DNA of 64,000 nucleotides from Octopus bimaculoides (taxonomy: Eukaryota): the NCBI RefSeq assembly GCF_001194135.2, contig NC_068984.1:127104335-127168334 (forward strand), written 5' to 3'. The position numbers and the translations under genes were made by a program. Below are positions 14,090-27,002 of this stretch, one piece after another; position 1 is the stretch's first letter; the number at the start of each line of letters is the position of its first letter. The notes under the pieces are model-generated. The model was not told the DNA's origin and did no database searches. It was given only the letters and a program-made list of their open reading frames with translations.

Positions 14090-14982
14090 NNNNNNNNNNN
14101 NNNNNNNNNNNNNNNNNNNNNNNNNNNNNNNNNNNNNNNNNNNNNNNNNNNNNNNNNNNNNNNNNNNNNNNNNNNNNNNNNNNNNNNNNNNNNNNNNNNN
14201 NNNNNNNNNNNNNNNNNNNNNNNNNNNNNNNNNNNNNNNNNNNNNNNNNNNNNNNNNNNNNNNNNNNNNNNNNNNNNNNNNNNNNNNNNNNNNNNNNNNN
14301 NNNNNNNNNNNNNNNNNNNNNNNNNNNNNNNNNNNNNNNNNNNNNNNNNNNNNNNNNNNNNNNNNNNNNNNNNNNNNNNNNNNNNNNNNNNNNNNNNNNN
14401 NNNNNNNNNNNNNNNNNNNNNNNNNNNNNNNNNNNNNNNNNNNNNNNNNNNNNNNNNNNNNNNNNNNNNNNNNNNNNNNNNNNNNNNNNNNNNNNNNNNN
14501 NNNNNNNNNNNNNNNNNNNNNNNNNNNNNNNNNNNNNNNNNNNNNNNNNNNNNNNNNNNNNNNNNNNNNNNNNNNNNNNNNNNNNNNNNNNNNNNNNNNN
14601 NNNNNNNNNNNNNNNNNNNNNNNNNNNNNNNNNNNNNNNNNNNNNNNNNNNNNNNNNNNNNNNNNNNNNNNNNNNNNNNNNNNNNNNNNNNNNNNNNNNN
14701 NNNNNNNNNNNNNNNNNNNNNNNNNNNNNNNNNNNNNNNNNNNNNNNNNNNNNNNNNNNNNNNNNNNNNNNNNNNNNNNNNNNNNNNNNNNNNNNNNNNN
14801 NNNNNNNNNNNNNNNNNNNNNNNNNNNNNNNNNNNNNNNNNNNNNNNNNNNNNNNNNNNNNNNNNNNNNNNNNNNNNNNNNNNNNNNNNNNNNNNNNNNN
14901 NNNNNNNNNNNNNNNNNNNNNNNNNNNNNNNNNNNNNNNNNNNNNNNNNNNNNNATGTGTGTGTATATATATATATGTGTGT

Positions 14983-15034
<52 letters not shown>

Positions 15035-15425
15035 ATATATATATATGTATAGACACACAGGCATACATATCTATATTCGCATATATGTTTCAAGTGACAA
15101 ACTGTTGATGTGATTTTCTTAAAACAATTCCTGTTAACGATGCTTATGAAACATCACTCTAACACATGGTGAACAATGATGTCCTTTGTAATATCACCAA
15201 AGAACTTTCTTTAGATGGAAATTTCATTAAAAGAATGGATTAAATGAAAACATACCTATGTGTGTGTGTGTGTGTGTGTGTGTGCGCGTGCACACGTGTA
15301 TACATATGTATATATATGTACATATATACATGTATATGTATAAATATATATACATATATACATGCAAACATACATACACATACACACATATACGGGTGTA
15401 TAGTGTGTATGTATGTATGTATGCA

Positions 15426-15466
<41 letters not shown>

Positions 15467-16135
15467 TGTAAAGATTACCTGAGGAGTTTCTTGATCTCAT
15501 AGCAACAAAGAGTTCTTCAAAATTATGCTGAAAGAGTTCCTTAATGTTTTGACAAAAAAAATTGTTTGCCAAAACTCACAGATATGAAGTTGCTATGAAA
15601 TTATTTTTTATTTTTTCTAATTTTTTTTTTATTTAATGTTTTAGCCATAATGTTGTATGCTAATGTACAGACATTTTTTTATTTATTTATATATTTTTTC
15701 CAATTCTTACTGAAGTCAACCTACTGCTGTACTGTAACAATGCATGATTGCTAGTTATTGCACCCTCTTTCACAATTGATTTTAGTCTTTTGACAACGTT
15801 CTTTTCTAGGAGCATTCTTTCCCTTCTTAAAAAAAAAAAATAAATAAATGATATTCATACATGAGATCCTCCCTACCAATGTAGTCTATATTTATTGGAA
15901 TCAATCAGACCCTTTTTTTATCTGCCAAAGAATTTCCAATAATATAAATATCAATACCCCAAACTAGCCTGGACTCTTTTTCACTCACAACCACAATAAA
16001 GGGTGTGGGTGAGACTGTAGACTGAAATAAATCAAGCTATGTACCATACATGCATACATAAGATTAGATTTAATGACAAATATTGTTAGCATATGCAAAT
16101 ATATATATTTTTAGATTTTCAGTTATTAGTTGAAT

Positions 16136-16166
<31 letters not shown>

Positions 16167-16174
16167 GTACACAG

Positions 16175-16206
<32 letters not shown>

Positions 16207-16342
16207 GTATATATTCAGTTTGTACCCTGTATCTTATATTGAGTACTTTTCCTCTGGTTTGTTATAAACAATATATATATGTATATGTATGTTTGTGTAT
16301 GTGTATACATTATGTATATGTATGTTTGTGCATGTGTATATG

Positions 16343-16392
<50 letters not shown>

Positions 16393-17603
16393 TGCATGTA
16401 TGTATGTATGTACATAAATATGTGTACATGCATGTATATAGGTGCTAAAATATTTGGCACAAAAAAACAACTTCAACAACATAAAATGCCTGATGAATTT
16501 ATGGGTAGACAAGCACTTTGAGTTGAAAAATAAAAAAATGAATAAAAAAATAATATTTACTAACAATAATTCAGTGCAATCATCAACAATATCAACAGCA
16601 ATAAAAAACAACAATCAATAACATGTATTAAAAAAACATGAATTATGTACTACAAGCTAAACGTGGGGTTCCAATTGGTGGAACCCCTTCAAGAAAAAGT
16701 TGATAAACAAGGATGAGCTTGTATTTTGTTGCTAATCTATCAAACAACCCTTCTTATATAAAAAGCCAATAGCAATAATTCTTTTCATTGCACTCAGAAC
16801 TTAGCATGACTTTGAAAGTTCTCTTGTCCACATGACTATTGCTGAAGTCATGATGTCATTAAATTGATGAAACTTACATAAGTTCTGAGTTGCAGCTAAA
16901 AACATATAATCACACAACTTATATTTCACTCTTAACTGGATTAGTAACTGATCCAGCTCTATAGTATTAATACAATCTTGGGTAATTTCAACATAAAATA
17001 TTTCAACATAAGATATTTCAACATATCATAAAAGCATTACCTTATGCCTTTTGATAAGACAAGAGGAAATCCTAACAAATCGCTGTCATAATGTAATTTT
17101 TTTGTAATATATATTATGATAACAATTGGTTACTGAAGAAACCAAATAATATAAATAAATTTATGCTGTAGATGCTATTGTTCCTCTATATTTGTAATAT
17201 AATGTTACATGTCACAAAGTGCTGACTGCTATACCACTGTAAGATTATACCACTAATTTACTGCTGAAGTGTTAATATATGTTTGTGTGTATGTGTATGT
17301 ATTTGTTTACATATGCCCACATAGTGTTGACATATGTGTATATATGTATGTGTGTGTGCGTGTGTGTATCTACTCAATTATAAATGAAGATATATATTTG
17401 CATAGTATAATATATGTTGCTATATATATACTTATGTGTGTGTGTGTGTATATATATACACATCTATATGTATATATATATATATGCATATATGTATATA
17501 TATACATATATATATATGTAATACAGGTATGGAGACTTACACCTCAGGACTTCAAGTTTCTGTGTCAATGGTAATCAGCACACTATTTCAACTGTCAGTT
17601 TGT

Positions 17604-17648
<45 letters not shown>

Positions 17649-18243
17649 NNNNNNNNNNNNNNNNNNNNNNNNNNNNNNNNNNNNNNNNNNNNNNNNNNNN
17701 NNNNNNNNNNNNNNNNNNNNNNNNNNNNNNNNNNNNNNNNNNNNNNNNNNNNNNNNNNNNNNNNNNNNNNNNNNNNNNNNNNNNNNNNNNNNNNNNNNNN
17801 NNNNNNNNNNNNNNNNNNNNNNNNNNNNNNNNNNNNNNNNNNNNNNNNNNNNNNNNNNNNNNNNNNNNNNNNNNNNNNNNNNNNNNNNNNNNNNNNNNNN
17901 NNNNNNNNNNNNNNNNNNNNNNNNNNNNNNNNNNNNNNNNNNNNNTATGTAGTGTTTATATTTGAGTATATTCTATGCAGTATATAAACATATACATGTG
18001 TACATATATTTCTGTATCTAAACACAGATGTACGCCTACATAGTATAAATGTAGTTATACATATATAAGTGTGAGTGTGTGTGTGTATACGAACACACAT
18101 GCTCATGCATACAGACACATACACACACACACATAACACATACATACAAGCATATAAATATACATGCATATACATACATATACATATATATGTGTACATG
18201 TGTGTGTATATGTATATATAATAATAATATATATATATGTATG

Positions 18244-18288
<45 letters not shown>

Positions 18289-19474
18289 TCAGTATCTAGA
18301 TGTTGATACATCACTACATAGTATGTGGTTATATGTACCAACATATTGTATGCCTCAACATCATGTTTAGATATAGGTATGTCTGTGTGTACACAAGCTA
18401 GGTGGATAGAAAGGATATATAGACGTGTGTATGTGAAATATATAGACAACTTGTTTAGTAATTGGTTGTATGAAGTCTGTTAGTGAAGACTACTTTCTAT
18501 ATGAATTGATGTCCAATAAACACATTGTGCTGTGTGTGAGAATAAGCACAAAAACAATGATGAGAAACATTGTTTTTTCAACTTAGACTTTAGGTCTATA
18601 TTCTTCTTCTTACAATCAGAATAGTTTGACCAATTAGAATTGTAATTTTAATTTTAGAAAACAGTTTTCTTCACAACAACAACAACAACAGCTACTGAAA
18701 AAAAAAAGATGTCAAAAAATATATCAATACAATTATAGTTTGGAAAAAGTGAAACAAAGAAAAAAAAAAAGGAAAAAGGAAAAAAAAAATGACTGAAATT
18801 TTATGGAAAACAAAAACGAAAAAAAAATTAATCAAATAAATCTAACAAGAAGGACAAATAAACAAATAATAAACAAAAAGATACAATTGAATAAATGCAA
18901 AAAAAAAAAAAAAAGCAACCAAAAATGTCACAGGTGACTTACAGGCAAGACATTAGTTGTTAAAGATGTAAGTTGTATGTGCAGTAGTGATTAATCTGCA
19001 ACTCTTGTTACATCAAGATGGAGATACCAGATGAAAAATTAAAACAAATATATTTGATTTTAAGGATGGCAAAGAATGTCAAAGTTAGACCTGCATTGTT
19101 ACTGTGGGGTGACTGTCGTTTTCTTTTTTTTCTTTTTTCTTTTTTTTTTCCGGCAGCAACTGTTTGTTTGTTGCTCAGTTTGTGGTTGATTCAGAAATTA
19201 TTTGGTGAAGACTTCATACTATTTGAAGTCATTATAAAAACTCATGTGCAATAATGTCTTTCTTTAATTTCAGTATTATAATAAATATCAATCCGTCTTG
19301 TTTTTTCCTCTGAGTTGATTTTCATTTGAATTACTTTGAAAATCTCAAAATTTATGGTTATCTTTGTATTTGCACTGTCTTTTATAGTTTACTTGTTTCA
19401 CTCATTGGACTGTAACCATGCTTGAAGTGTTTAGCAAAGCAAATGAACCACAATACTTATATATATATATATAT

Positions 19475-19640
19475 GGGAGAATTTACGAAAAAAACAACAG
19501 ACGAAGACAGGTGGTGTAAACAACAAATGGATGTATTAGTTTAATGCTCAGGAATAAAGAAAGTCTTTGACGTTTCGAGCCTATGCTCTTCAACTGAAAG
19601 GAACACAGAAAGAAACAAGGAGAAAAAAAAATATAAATAT
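19475..19640 (-). mobile_element. Penelope-type terminal-repeat relic containing a degenerate minimal hammerhead motif (19565-19600)
   Basis: Minus strand reads cttt-CAGTTGA-A-gagc-atag-gctc-GAAAC-GTC-aaag, the architecture of PLE minimal type-I hammerheads, with two core mismatches to CUGAUGA. Confidence 0.5.
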
Positions 19641-19662
19641 AGTGGTCAGTGATCTATCATGG

Positions 19663-19709
<47 letters not shown>

Positions 19710-19714
19710 TATAT

Positions 19715-20100
19715 ATAAAAACAGAATCAAACACACAAACGCAAGGTGCGTGCATTGTTAGTTTATCAAGTGGCTGCATTTTGGGGGGATGTAAGAGAAT
19801 ATACTTTCAATGCCCCTGGTGTAAAGCACCTGAAAGTAAGTCATAGACAAGTGAGACAATTCACATCAAATCCCTTTTTTATGGAGCGACAGACATCAAT
19901 GTTTCATCATTGTTTTGACTTACCAATGCCACCCTGAAAAAAGGGATTTGATGTGAGTTGTCTCTCTTGTCTATGACTTACTTTCAAGTGTTTTACACCA
20001 GGAGCACTGAGACTATATTCTCTTATGCCCCCAAAAGTGCAGCTGTCCGATGAGCTAACAACACACACACCTTGTGTACGTGTGTTTTATTTTGTTTACA
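19715..20100. mobile_element. Fold-back / MITE-like element with long imperfect inverted arms
   Basis: Core arms 19755-19880 and 19937-20061 are reverse complements (e.g. tgaaagtaagtcatagacaag / cttgtctatgacttactttca) and extend more loosely to about 19715 and 20100. The spacer is about 56 bp. Confidence 0.8.
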
Positions 20101-20169
20101 TACTGTGAGCTGCTTCTAATTCATATTTGAATATAGATGTATTAATACATGTGTGTGTGTGTGCATATA

Positions 20170-21150
20170 CAGGGTACGTAAGATATTTGAGGACAGATTT
20201 TTGTTTATAAAAAAAACAGATATATAATAACAGATAATAATTTTATTTATCAAAAATTACTATGAGGATAAAAATAAACCTTCTTTTCTATAATGTTATT
20301 CAACAAAGCCACCTTCAGCTTCAACAACTGCTTCTATATGAGATCTAAATCATCTACATGCTTGAACCAAGTGGTCCTGGTTCATTTTAGACATTACTCT
20401 GACTATGGCAGCTTTCAAAGAATCTTTGATGTTATGTGTGTGTTCATTGACCTCTCTCTCTCAACAACTCGCCACATGTAATAGTCCAATGGATAAAGAT
20501 CTGGGGAATTAGGAGGCCAAAATGTAAGGAGTTATGTGATCATGAAAATTTTCAGCCATCCATTTCTGTGTTGTCATAATCCTTGCCTTCAGTTCATCTT
20601 TGGTGTTGCAAAGAGTTTTGTTGGTCTCTCACTCAACTGTGCCCCACACATAATAATCAAATCTGGGGAACTAGGTGGCCAGATGTTAGGGATGATGTGG
20701 TTGCAGAAATTGTCTGACAGCCAAGACTAGATTCTTCTGCTTGTGTGGCATGGTGCAGAGTCCTACTGCCAGACATAGAGTCTTCCAGCAGCCACCCTCC
20801 TGACTCAGAGCAGCACTAGCTCCTCTAGGTACTTGATGTGGACTTCCATGTGGAGTCTGTGGCTGTGTGGGAAGATGAATGGAGGCATAATGTTGCCATC
20901 ACTAGTGATCACTCGAAACACCATGATGTTGACTGGATGTTTGATTTTTAGCACTCTTGGTACATGTCCTCAGATTGCACTGCCTCAGGTTGACACCCAA
21001 GCACTCTGAAATGTTCATATTGGAGCTTCTGGCATGAATGCCAAGCAGTACAGCATGTTGTTTCCAAATTTCTGGCTGAGTGAATTGCATCATGGTGCTG
21101 TTTTTCTTACAGACAGTGCCCAACTGACCCTACTATACTGTGTAGTTGAC
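20170..21150 (-). mobile_element. Chimeric, defective Tc1/mariner DD37D (maT-like) transposon
   Basis: Minus translation: MMQFTQPEIWKQHAVLLG..., VPRVLKIKHPVNIMVFRVITSDG..., VWQ*DSAPCHT...IWPPSSPDL, then from a second family QKWMAENFHDHIT..WPPNSPDLYPLDYYMW...IEAVVEAEGGFVE*. It ends in TA|CAGGGT at 20168-20175. Confidence 0.85.
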
Positions 21151-21391
21151 TGGACTCTGCACCATGCATTTGTCAACCTGAAGTTATACAAGAAGACATA
21201 TGCCCAAGGTACTGGGCATAGAGGCTAAAACCATGAGGCTGCAAATGAACTTCTTAACCACACATTCCTGAGTATATAAAATTAGACATGAGCAAGTATT
21301 GTCATAGAAGAGCTGTTTTTGACATCGTAATCATTGCATAAAAACTAGTACCTCTGTTTACCTTGGTTAAATGTAGCAACATCACTTAGAG

Positions 21392-22287
21392 CAGTTGTTC
21401 TCAACCACAGTCCATATGGCCTTTGGGGACACTAGCATAGTTAGAGGGGGTTGGAGGGGACAGTCTGCCCCAGGTGACACTTTTATGGAGGTGATACCAC
21501 TTTTGGATCTGCTGTAGGCAATATGTATTTTTGTGGGGGCCTGGGACAGCAAACTAAAGGGCCACCCAGGTGGCACACTTTACACTAGTGCTTGGAAATC
21601 CATAGAGGATTTTATTGTTAAAATTCATGTGCAATAAATTGGTTATACTTCCACAATACACAAAATATTTAAAATGTTTTTCACAACCATAAGAGTATGA
21701 AGTGCTCCTCATGACCACAGGTTCGTGAGATGGTTGTGATCTGTAAACAGTTTTGAGTTGGGACCAGAAAGAGAAGTACGAACATGAACATGCAATGCAT
21801 ATGCGCACACTGAATCCATAAAATGGAAGAGAAGAATAAAAATGCAATGTCAAACAAGTTATATAATGGATTGCATGCCATGGCTTATTTCTTTATTGCC
21901 CACAAGGGGCTAAACATAGAGGGGACAAACAAAAGGATTAAGTCGATTACATTAACCCCAGTGCATAACTGGTACTTAATTTATCGACCCCGAAAGGATA
22001 AAAGGCAAACTCGACCTCGGTGGAATTTGAACTCAGAACGTAACGGCAGACGAAATACCGCTAAGCATTCTGCCCGGCGTGCTAACATTTCTGCCAGCTT
22101 GCTGCTGTCTGACACCAATATCATGCAGCGTTGCTGCAGTTTTCTTGTTTATGCAATTTTTAACAACATTTAATTATAAAAATGCAGTAAGATTTCATTT
22201 TTTATACACATTGAATGGCTATGGGAGACCAGTAGAGTAAAATTTGAATCAAAGGGTGTATAGGCAAAAAATGGTTGAGAACCATTG
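21392..22287. mobile_element. hAT-like non-autonomous element carrying a family 2 SINE insertion (about 21880-22100, minus strand)
   Basis: Terminal inverted repeats cagttgttctcaacca / tggttgagaaccattg resemble CAGTGGTTCTCAAC-type hAT ends. No intact 8-bp TSD is visible. Confidence 0.6.
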
Positions 22288-22947
22288 ATTGAGAATATAT
22301 GACTTTAACCATTTAATCTCCACATCCTAAACATTAATGGGAAATTGAACAGTCCCAGGTATATCACTGGTACTTATTTCATCATCCTCTGAACAGAGAG
22401 ATTAATAGGGAATATGGTTGATATAAAACAAGCAAGATTTGAACTTAGAATACAATGTTAGGAAACTAAGTACTGTAAGGTGTATTGTCTTGTGCTCTAC
22501 TAGTAAGTTTAAATATATTAAGTTTTAAATCAGTACAAAATAGTACAGGAATTGTAGCAACCAATACACATATAACAGCAACAGCAACTGGAGCAGCAAC
22601 AACAATCAAAACAGCAAAATCAGTCCTGATATTGTGTTTATCTTTGGTTTTATTTTATAGTTTTAACAAAAATTGGGCAAAGGTGTGAAGTAAAAAGGAA
22701 AAAAAACGTAAAAGTAAAGAAAAAAGGGTAAAAATACAAAATATGAAATATAAAGTATAAAGCATGTATAACTTCTCAGGCCAAGAAGTAAAAGCTACTG
22801 GGGTTTTTTTTTTTTTTGGTGTTGTTGTTTTTGAAGGCAGCTGAGAATTTGTCATAAATATATACAAATTAGAAAGGAATTAACCACTAAATCTATTATT
22901 ATGCTAAAAAACAAAAAAAACAAAAAAAAAAAAAGAGACCTTCCTAC

Positions 22948-23165
22948 CCAACAACACGATTATGTACAGAATTATTCCATTGACAAACTGGATAATGTTC
23001 GTAAAGTTGTAACGATTTTTAAAGACTGTTACGTTCAAACTAGCAAGATGTGAAGATTTATTTGATGTGTCTGATAAATTATTGATAAATCCATCAAAGG
23101 CAGTTATGTTTGTGGCTGCTTTAGCAACAAAAATGAAGTATGGACAGCTTTGTAGCAGCATTTTA
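22948..23165 (-). CDS. Candidate internal exon (phase 2 to 1) of a membrane glycoprotein-like product
   Basis: Acceptor ctattttgaacag, donor TGG|gtagga. 72 open codons (KMLLQSCPYFIFVAKAATNITAFDG...NRYNFTNIIQFVNGIILYIIVLL) contain five N-x-S/T sequons and a hydrophobic end. No homolog recognised. Confidence 0.35.
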
Positions 23166-23454
23166 CTGTTCAAAATAGAGTTTTATTTTTCTTTCTTTCT
23201 TTCTTTGTTTTCTTTCATTATATCGACAAGCAGACCACCACAAATGGTTGCAGTAATTTTCTATCAAAATGTTTTTCATCCACCTCCTGGGTTACTTCAA
23301 TCATGTCTAAAAATATTAAAAGGCTTTCAAAGTGATTTTTTTTTTGTTTCTTTTACTTTATTTATTTTTATTTTTTTACCACAAGCCAAAATATTTTAAT
23401 TGCAACATTTGTAAATTACAAACAGCAACCCATGGTGAACCTAGGTGACTTTTA

Positions 23455-23875
23455 TCTTTTACTTGTTTCAGTCATTGGACTGCAGCCATGCTGGGGAATT
23501 GCTTTGAAGGATTTCAGCAAAACGAATCAACCCCAGTACTTAATTTTTAAAGCCTAGTACTTATTCTATTGATCTCTTTTATTGAACTGCTAGGTTACAT
23601 GGATGTAAACAAACCAATTCTGGTTGTTAAGTGATGGTGTAAGATAAACACAGACATAAAGACACAGACACACACAGATAGATAGATAGACAGACAGACA
23701 GGCAGACAGACAGACAGACAGATAGATAGATAGATGATAAGCTTCTTTCGGTTTCTGTTTACCAAATGCACTCAAAGACTTTAGTAGGACTCTTGCTCAA
23801 GGTGACATGCAACAGGACTGAACCTGGAACCATGTGGTTGGGAAGCAAACTTGTTGTCTTGCAGTAATGCCTGTG
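23455..23875 (-). mobile_element. SINE family 1 copy with internal (GACA/GATA)n
   Basis: Reverse complement of the family 1 head and tail motifs (ttttacttgtttcagtcatt... to ...gaaccatgtggttgggaagc). Confidence 0.85.
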
Positions 23876-24659
23876 CCTGGTGAATACCTCAGCATTGTTT
23901 TATTTCCTGTTTAGTATGGTTCATTACAACCATTTATTAGTTGTTAACTTTTTATATTAAATGCATTCAGTGTTGGGCACATGTTGGGCAGTGTATGAAT
24001 CACATAAGAGAGATGACCATTTACTAAAAGATATCTGTCATATTTAGAAAGCTGACATATATATACAAGCCATAAATGTCATGAACTAAGGCTTGCTTCA
24101 GAAATATTCTGAAATATGATATATCTGATCATACTTGCTACCATCTCAAACAAACCAGTCACAAGCCCACCAATGCAGCATCACACAAATCCATTAACTT
24201 TTGATATACACTTTCAAAAATTCTAGAAAGACCCAATGTGTACATTACAATATAGATTCAAATCATTATAATTAACTACATACTGTAAGCAAATAAGAGA
24301 CCTTCTATGTGGTTACTCACTTTCTAAAAATGACAGTCAAACATCTTGCAGATCACACACTATAGTTTTAAAAAGAATGGAAGAATACATTACATAATAT
24401 GGTCCTAGATACATGATGTTTAAAAATAAACGTCATGATAATGGCTGGGGCATCTTTTAGTATGGACTGGTGCAATCAAAGCTGAACAACAACTACACAA
24501 CTCATAAACTTTGGAATAATGCAGTTGGAAAACCATTCACAATTGTTCAGAGTCAGAAAATATGCACCTGTTGCAATTCGTAAGAGAGTGAATTGTGACT
24601 TTGTTGCCCACTTGCATCTCCTATGCCAACCCATTGAACAGTTTTATGCTTTCATATTT

Positions 24660-25340
24660 CAGCATAAGAATGTGGTCATGAAAACTGTCAGCCATCCATC
24701 ATTGGGTTGCTTGAGCCTTATGTGATGGCCCTACTGAAACATATATGGCTTTCTATTGCATACTCAATCTTTCCTGGGCTCGACAACTGTTTACAGGACC
24801 TCAATGTAGCCAGCAGAGTTAACTCTAAGGCTTTGTGGAAAGAAGAGATGTGGTATCACCTATCCTTCATTACTGACAATTCCAAAAGCCATGACAGTTG
24901 CAGGAAATATTGTGTGCATGACTGTAGGAACTTCAAAAATGTCTGAACATAACCATCTGTCATTTTTTCTTTTATTTCATTAATCTTTTGGTCCTGGTCA
25001 AAGTTTTTTTTCATCTGAGAAAAAACAAATCATGTCACGTCCTTCTAAGATTATAATTTTAAGAGCTTTTTAGATTTGATCAAATGATTTTCTTTTATTT
25101 TTTGACATGCATTGACCTGTCCTCATCATGTAAGACTTGTACAAGATGCTTTCATGGACAACATTTCTGATTGTCGCTTCTGATACATGGGAATTTTTTG
25201 CAATTGACCTCATGGATTTTCTGGGATTTCCATCTATGATCTGCTGAACTTGTTGAATAAATTCTGATGTTCTGACCCCATCCAGCTGGGGGGAACACAT
25301 ACGCCATAGAAACTGGGAGACCGGGCCCATGAGCCTGGCT
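24660..25340 (-). mobile_element. Truncated DD37D (maT-like) transposase fossil
   Basis: ORF track: VRTSEFIQQVQQIIDGNPRKSMRSIAKNSHVSEATIRNVVHE (HTH region). Manual translation then gives FSDEKNFDQDQKIN, VPTVMHTIFPATVMAFGIVSNEG, RVNSAGYIEVL and WMADSFHDHI, with stops and frameshifts. Confidence 0.88.
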
Positions 25341-25876
25341 AGGCTTTGAAAGAGCACATAAATAAAAATAAATATGGTGTGTTGCAGCTGCATAGTTAGT
25401 ATAGGAGATAGTGCATTATTTTACATATCTGATGTAACAACTAGGCATACAACACCACGCCTTTATTTAAGTAAAAATCAACTACCGATAGTGCCATGCC
25501 AACATACAATGGACGTGTATGATAAAGAAACAAATGTTTTGAAATAATGTGTTTAAGACAATTATTATTATTACCAACATTAGAATATAAAATACCTAAA
25601 AGAATATATGAAATAAAAAAAAAAACTTATACATGCATGTAATTTATTGCCATTGCTAAAAAATAAGAGACAAAATATTAATGGTAAGACTTGGTAGAGT
25701 GTTAGGAAAATCCATTTTATTTCTGTCACAAAATAACTTAGTAATTGTGGAAAAGTAATATTTAAAGTTACCAGAAAATAGTGTAAAGTAAGTCAGTAAG
25801 ATTTGCTGTGTGAGATATTGATATTTAAAGAACACATTGAATAGATGAACTGTAGTTAACAGGATTCTGTAGTGAT

Positions 25877-26056
25877 TTAAAACAGGTTGTTATGTAGCTG
25901 CTTCTGAGATTCTGTGTGAGAGTTAATAATATCACACTGTATCATCTGATCAGTTTGTGGGAAAACAATTGGTGATGTAGAAGCATCGACAACATTCTGT
26001 TGAAAATCTGTCTGAGTTTGAGCATTGATTGGTGGTGAGGATAAAGGAGTTAAATA
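25877..26056 (-). CDS. Probable terminal coding exon of the minus-strand gene (59 codons plus TAA)
   Basis: Strong acceptor ctctgttttactgcttcag. Only phase 0 stays open: YLTPLSSPPINAQTQTDFQQNVVDASTSPIVFPQTDQMIQCDIINSHTESQKQLHNNLF*. Phase matches the 28867 donor. A minus-strand AATAAA lies at 25643-25648. Confidence 0.55.
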   Translation of the reverse strand, partial: YLTPLSSPPINAQTQTDFQQNVVDASTSPIVFPQTDQMIQCDIINSHTESQKQLHNNLF

Positions 26057-26969
26057 CTGAAGCAGTAAAACAGAGATATATTAATAAAAATCATGAAACA
26101 ACACAAAACAAAATAGACATTGACATATTTTGTAGCAGCAATTCTAAATAAGTATAAAGCATTAAAAGAACAAGTATTTTTATACAAGTTGTATCTAATC
26201 AATAAGAACAGAAACTGATGCTGATGTTTACAAAGAAATCAATCTCATTTCATAATTGCAGTCAGCTTTAATGTAGAATATAAAACAGGAATTCTCTTTA
26301 AGATACACCAGTTGCATCAACATATGATAAAAATACCCTGACAGAGATTTGAATTAATTTATAAATTTAAGTACACATTTATATATACTGAAATATATTT
26401 AGTCATCTCTTATAAATAGATGTAGTTGTCTGCAAGGATATAGAAATTTCATTTTCCTGGTATCAAGACAGGCAATAGATTTTTCAGAATTGGTGGAGCA
26501 TCAGATAAAATACCTTAAAATATTTAATCATACTACTTCAAATTCTTATTTTAGGTCCTGCAAAATTCACCTTTGTTTTCACGTTCTACTGAGGTCAGTT
26601 ATATAAAGTACCAGTTGAGTAGTGGGATCAATACGTTTGATTGTGCCAATCCTGATAAATTTCTGGCTTTATTACCTCGTTAGAAATCATTACTGTTGTA
26701 GTCATCCCTGTCACCTGCACAGCTGCCATTATAGACATTGTCATCATAATTATCATCATCTTTGCTAGAATGGTGGATTGGCAGAATAATTAGAGCACCA
26801 GAATAAATGCCTTATCATACTACTTCTAGCTCTTTACATTCTAAGTTCTAATCTTGCTTGAGTCAAATTGCCTTTCATCCTTTCTGGGTCAATAAAACAG
26901 ATACTGAGGTCGATGTAATTGACTAACTCCTTCCTCCAAACCTGATGGCTTTGTGCCATAATTCAAAAC

Positions 26970-27002
<33 letters not shown>

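Noticed and set aside
102-18449. Dozens of 60-380 aa ORFs rich in IY, HT, VC or X
   Set aside because: They are translations of (AT)n/(AC)n microsatellites and N gaps, not genes.
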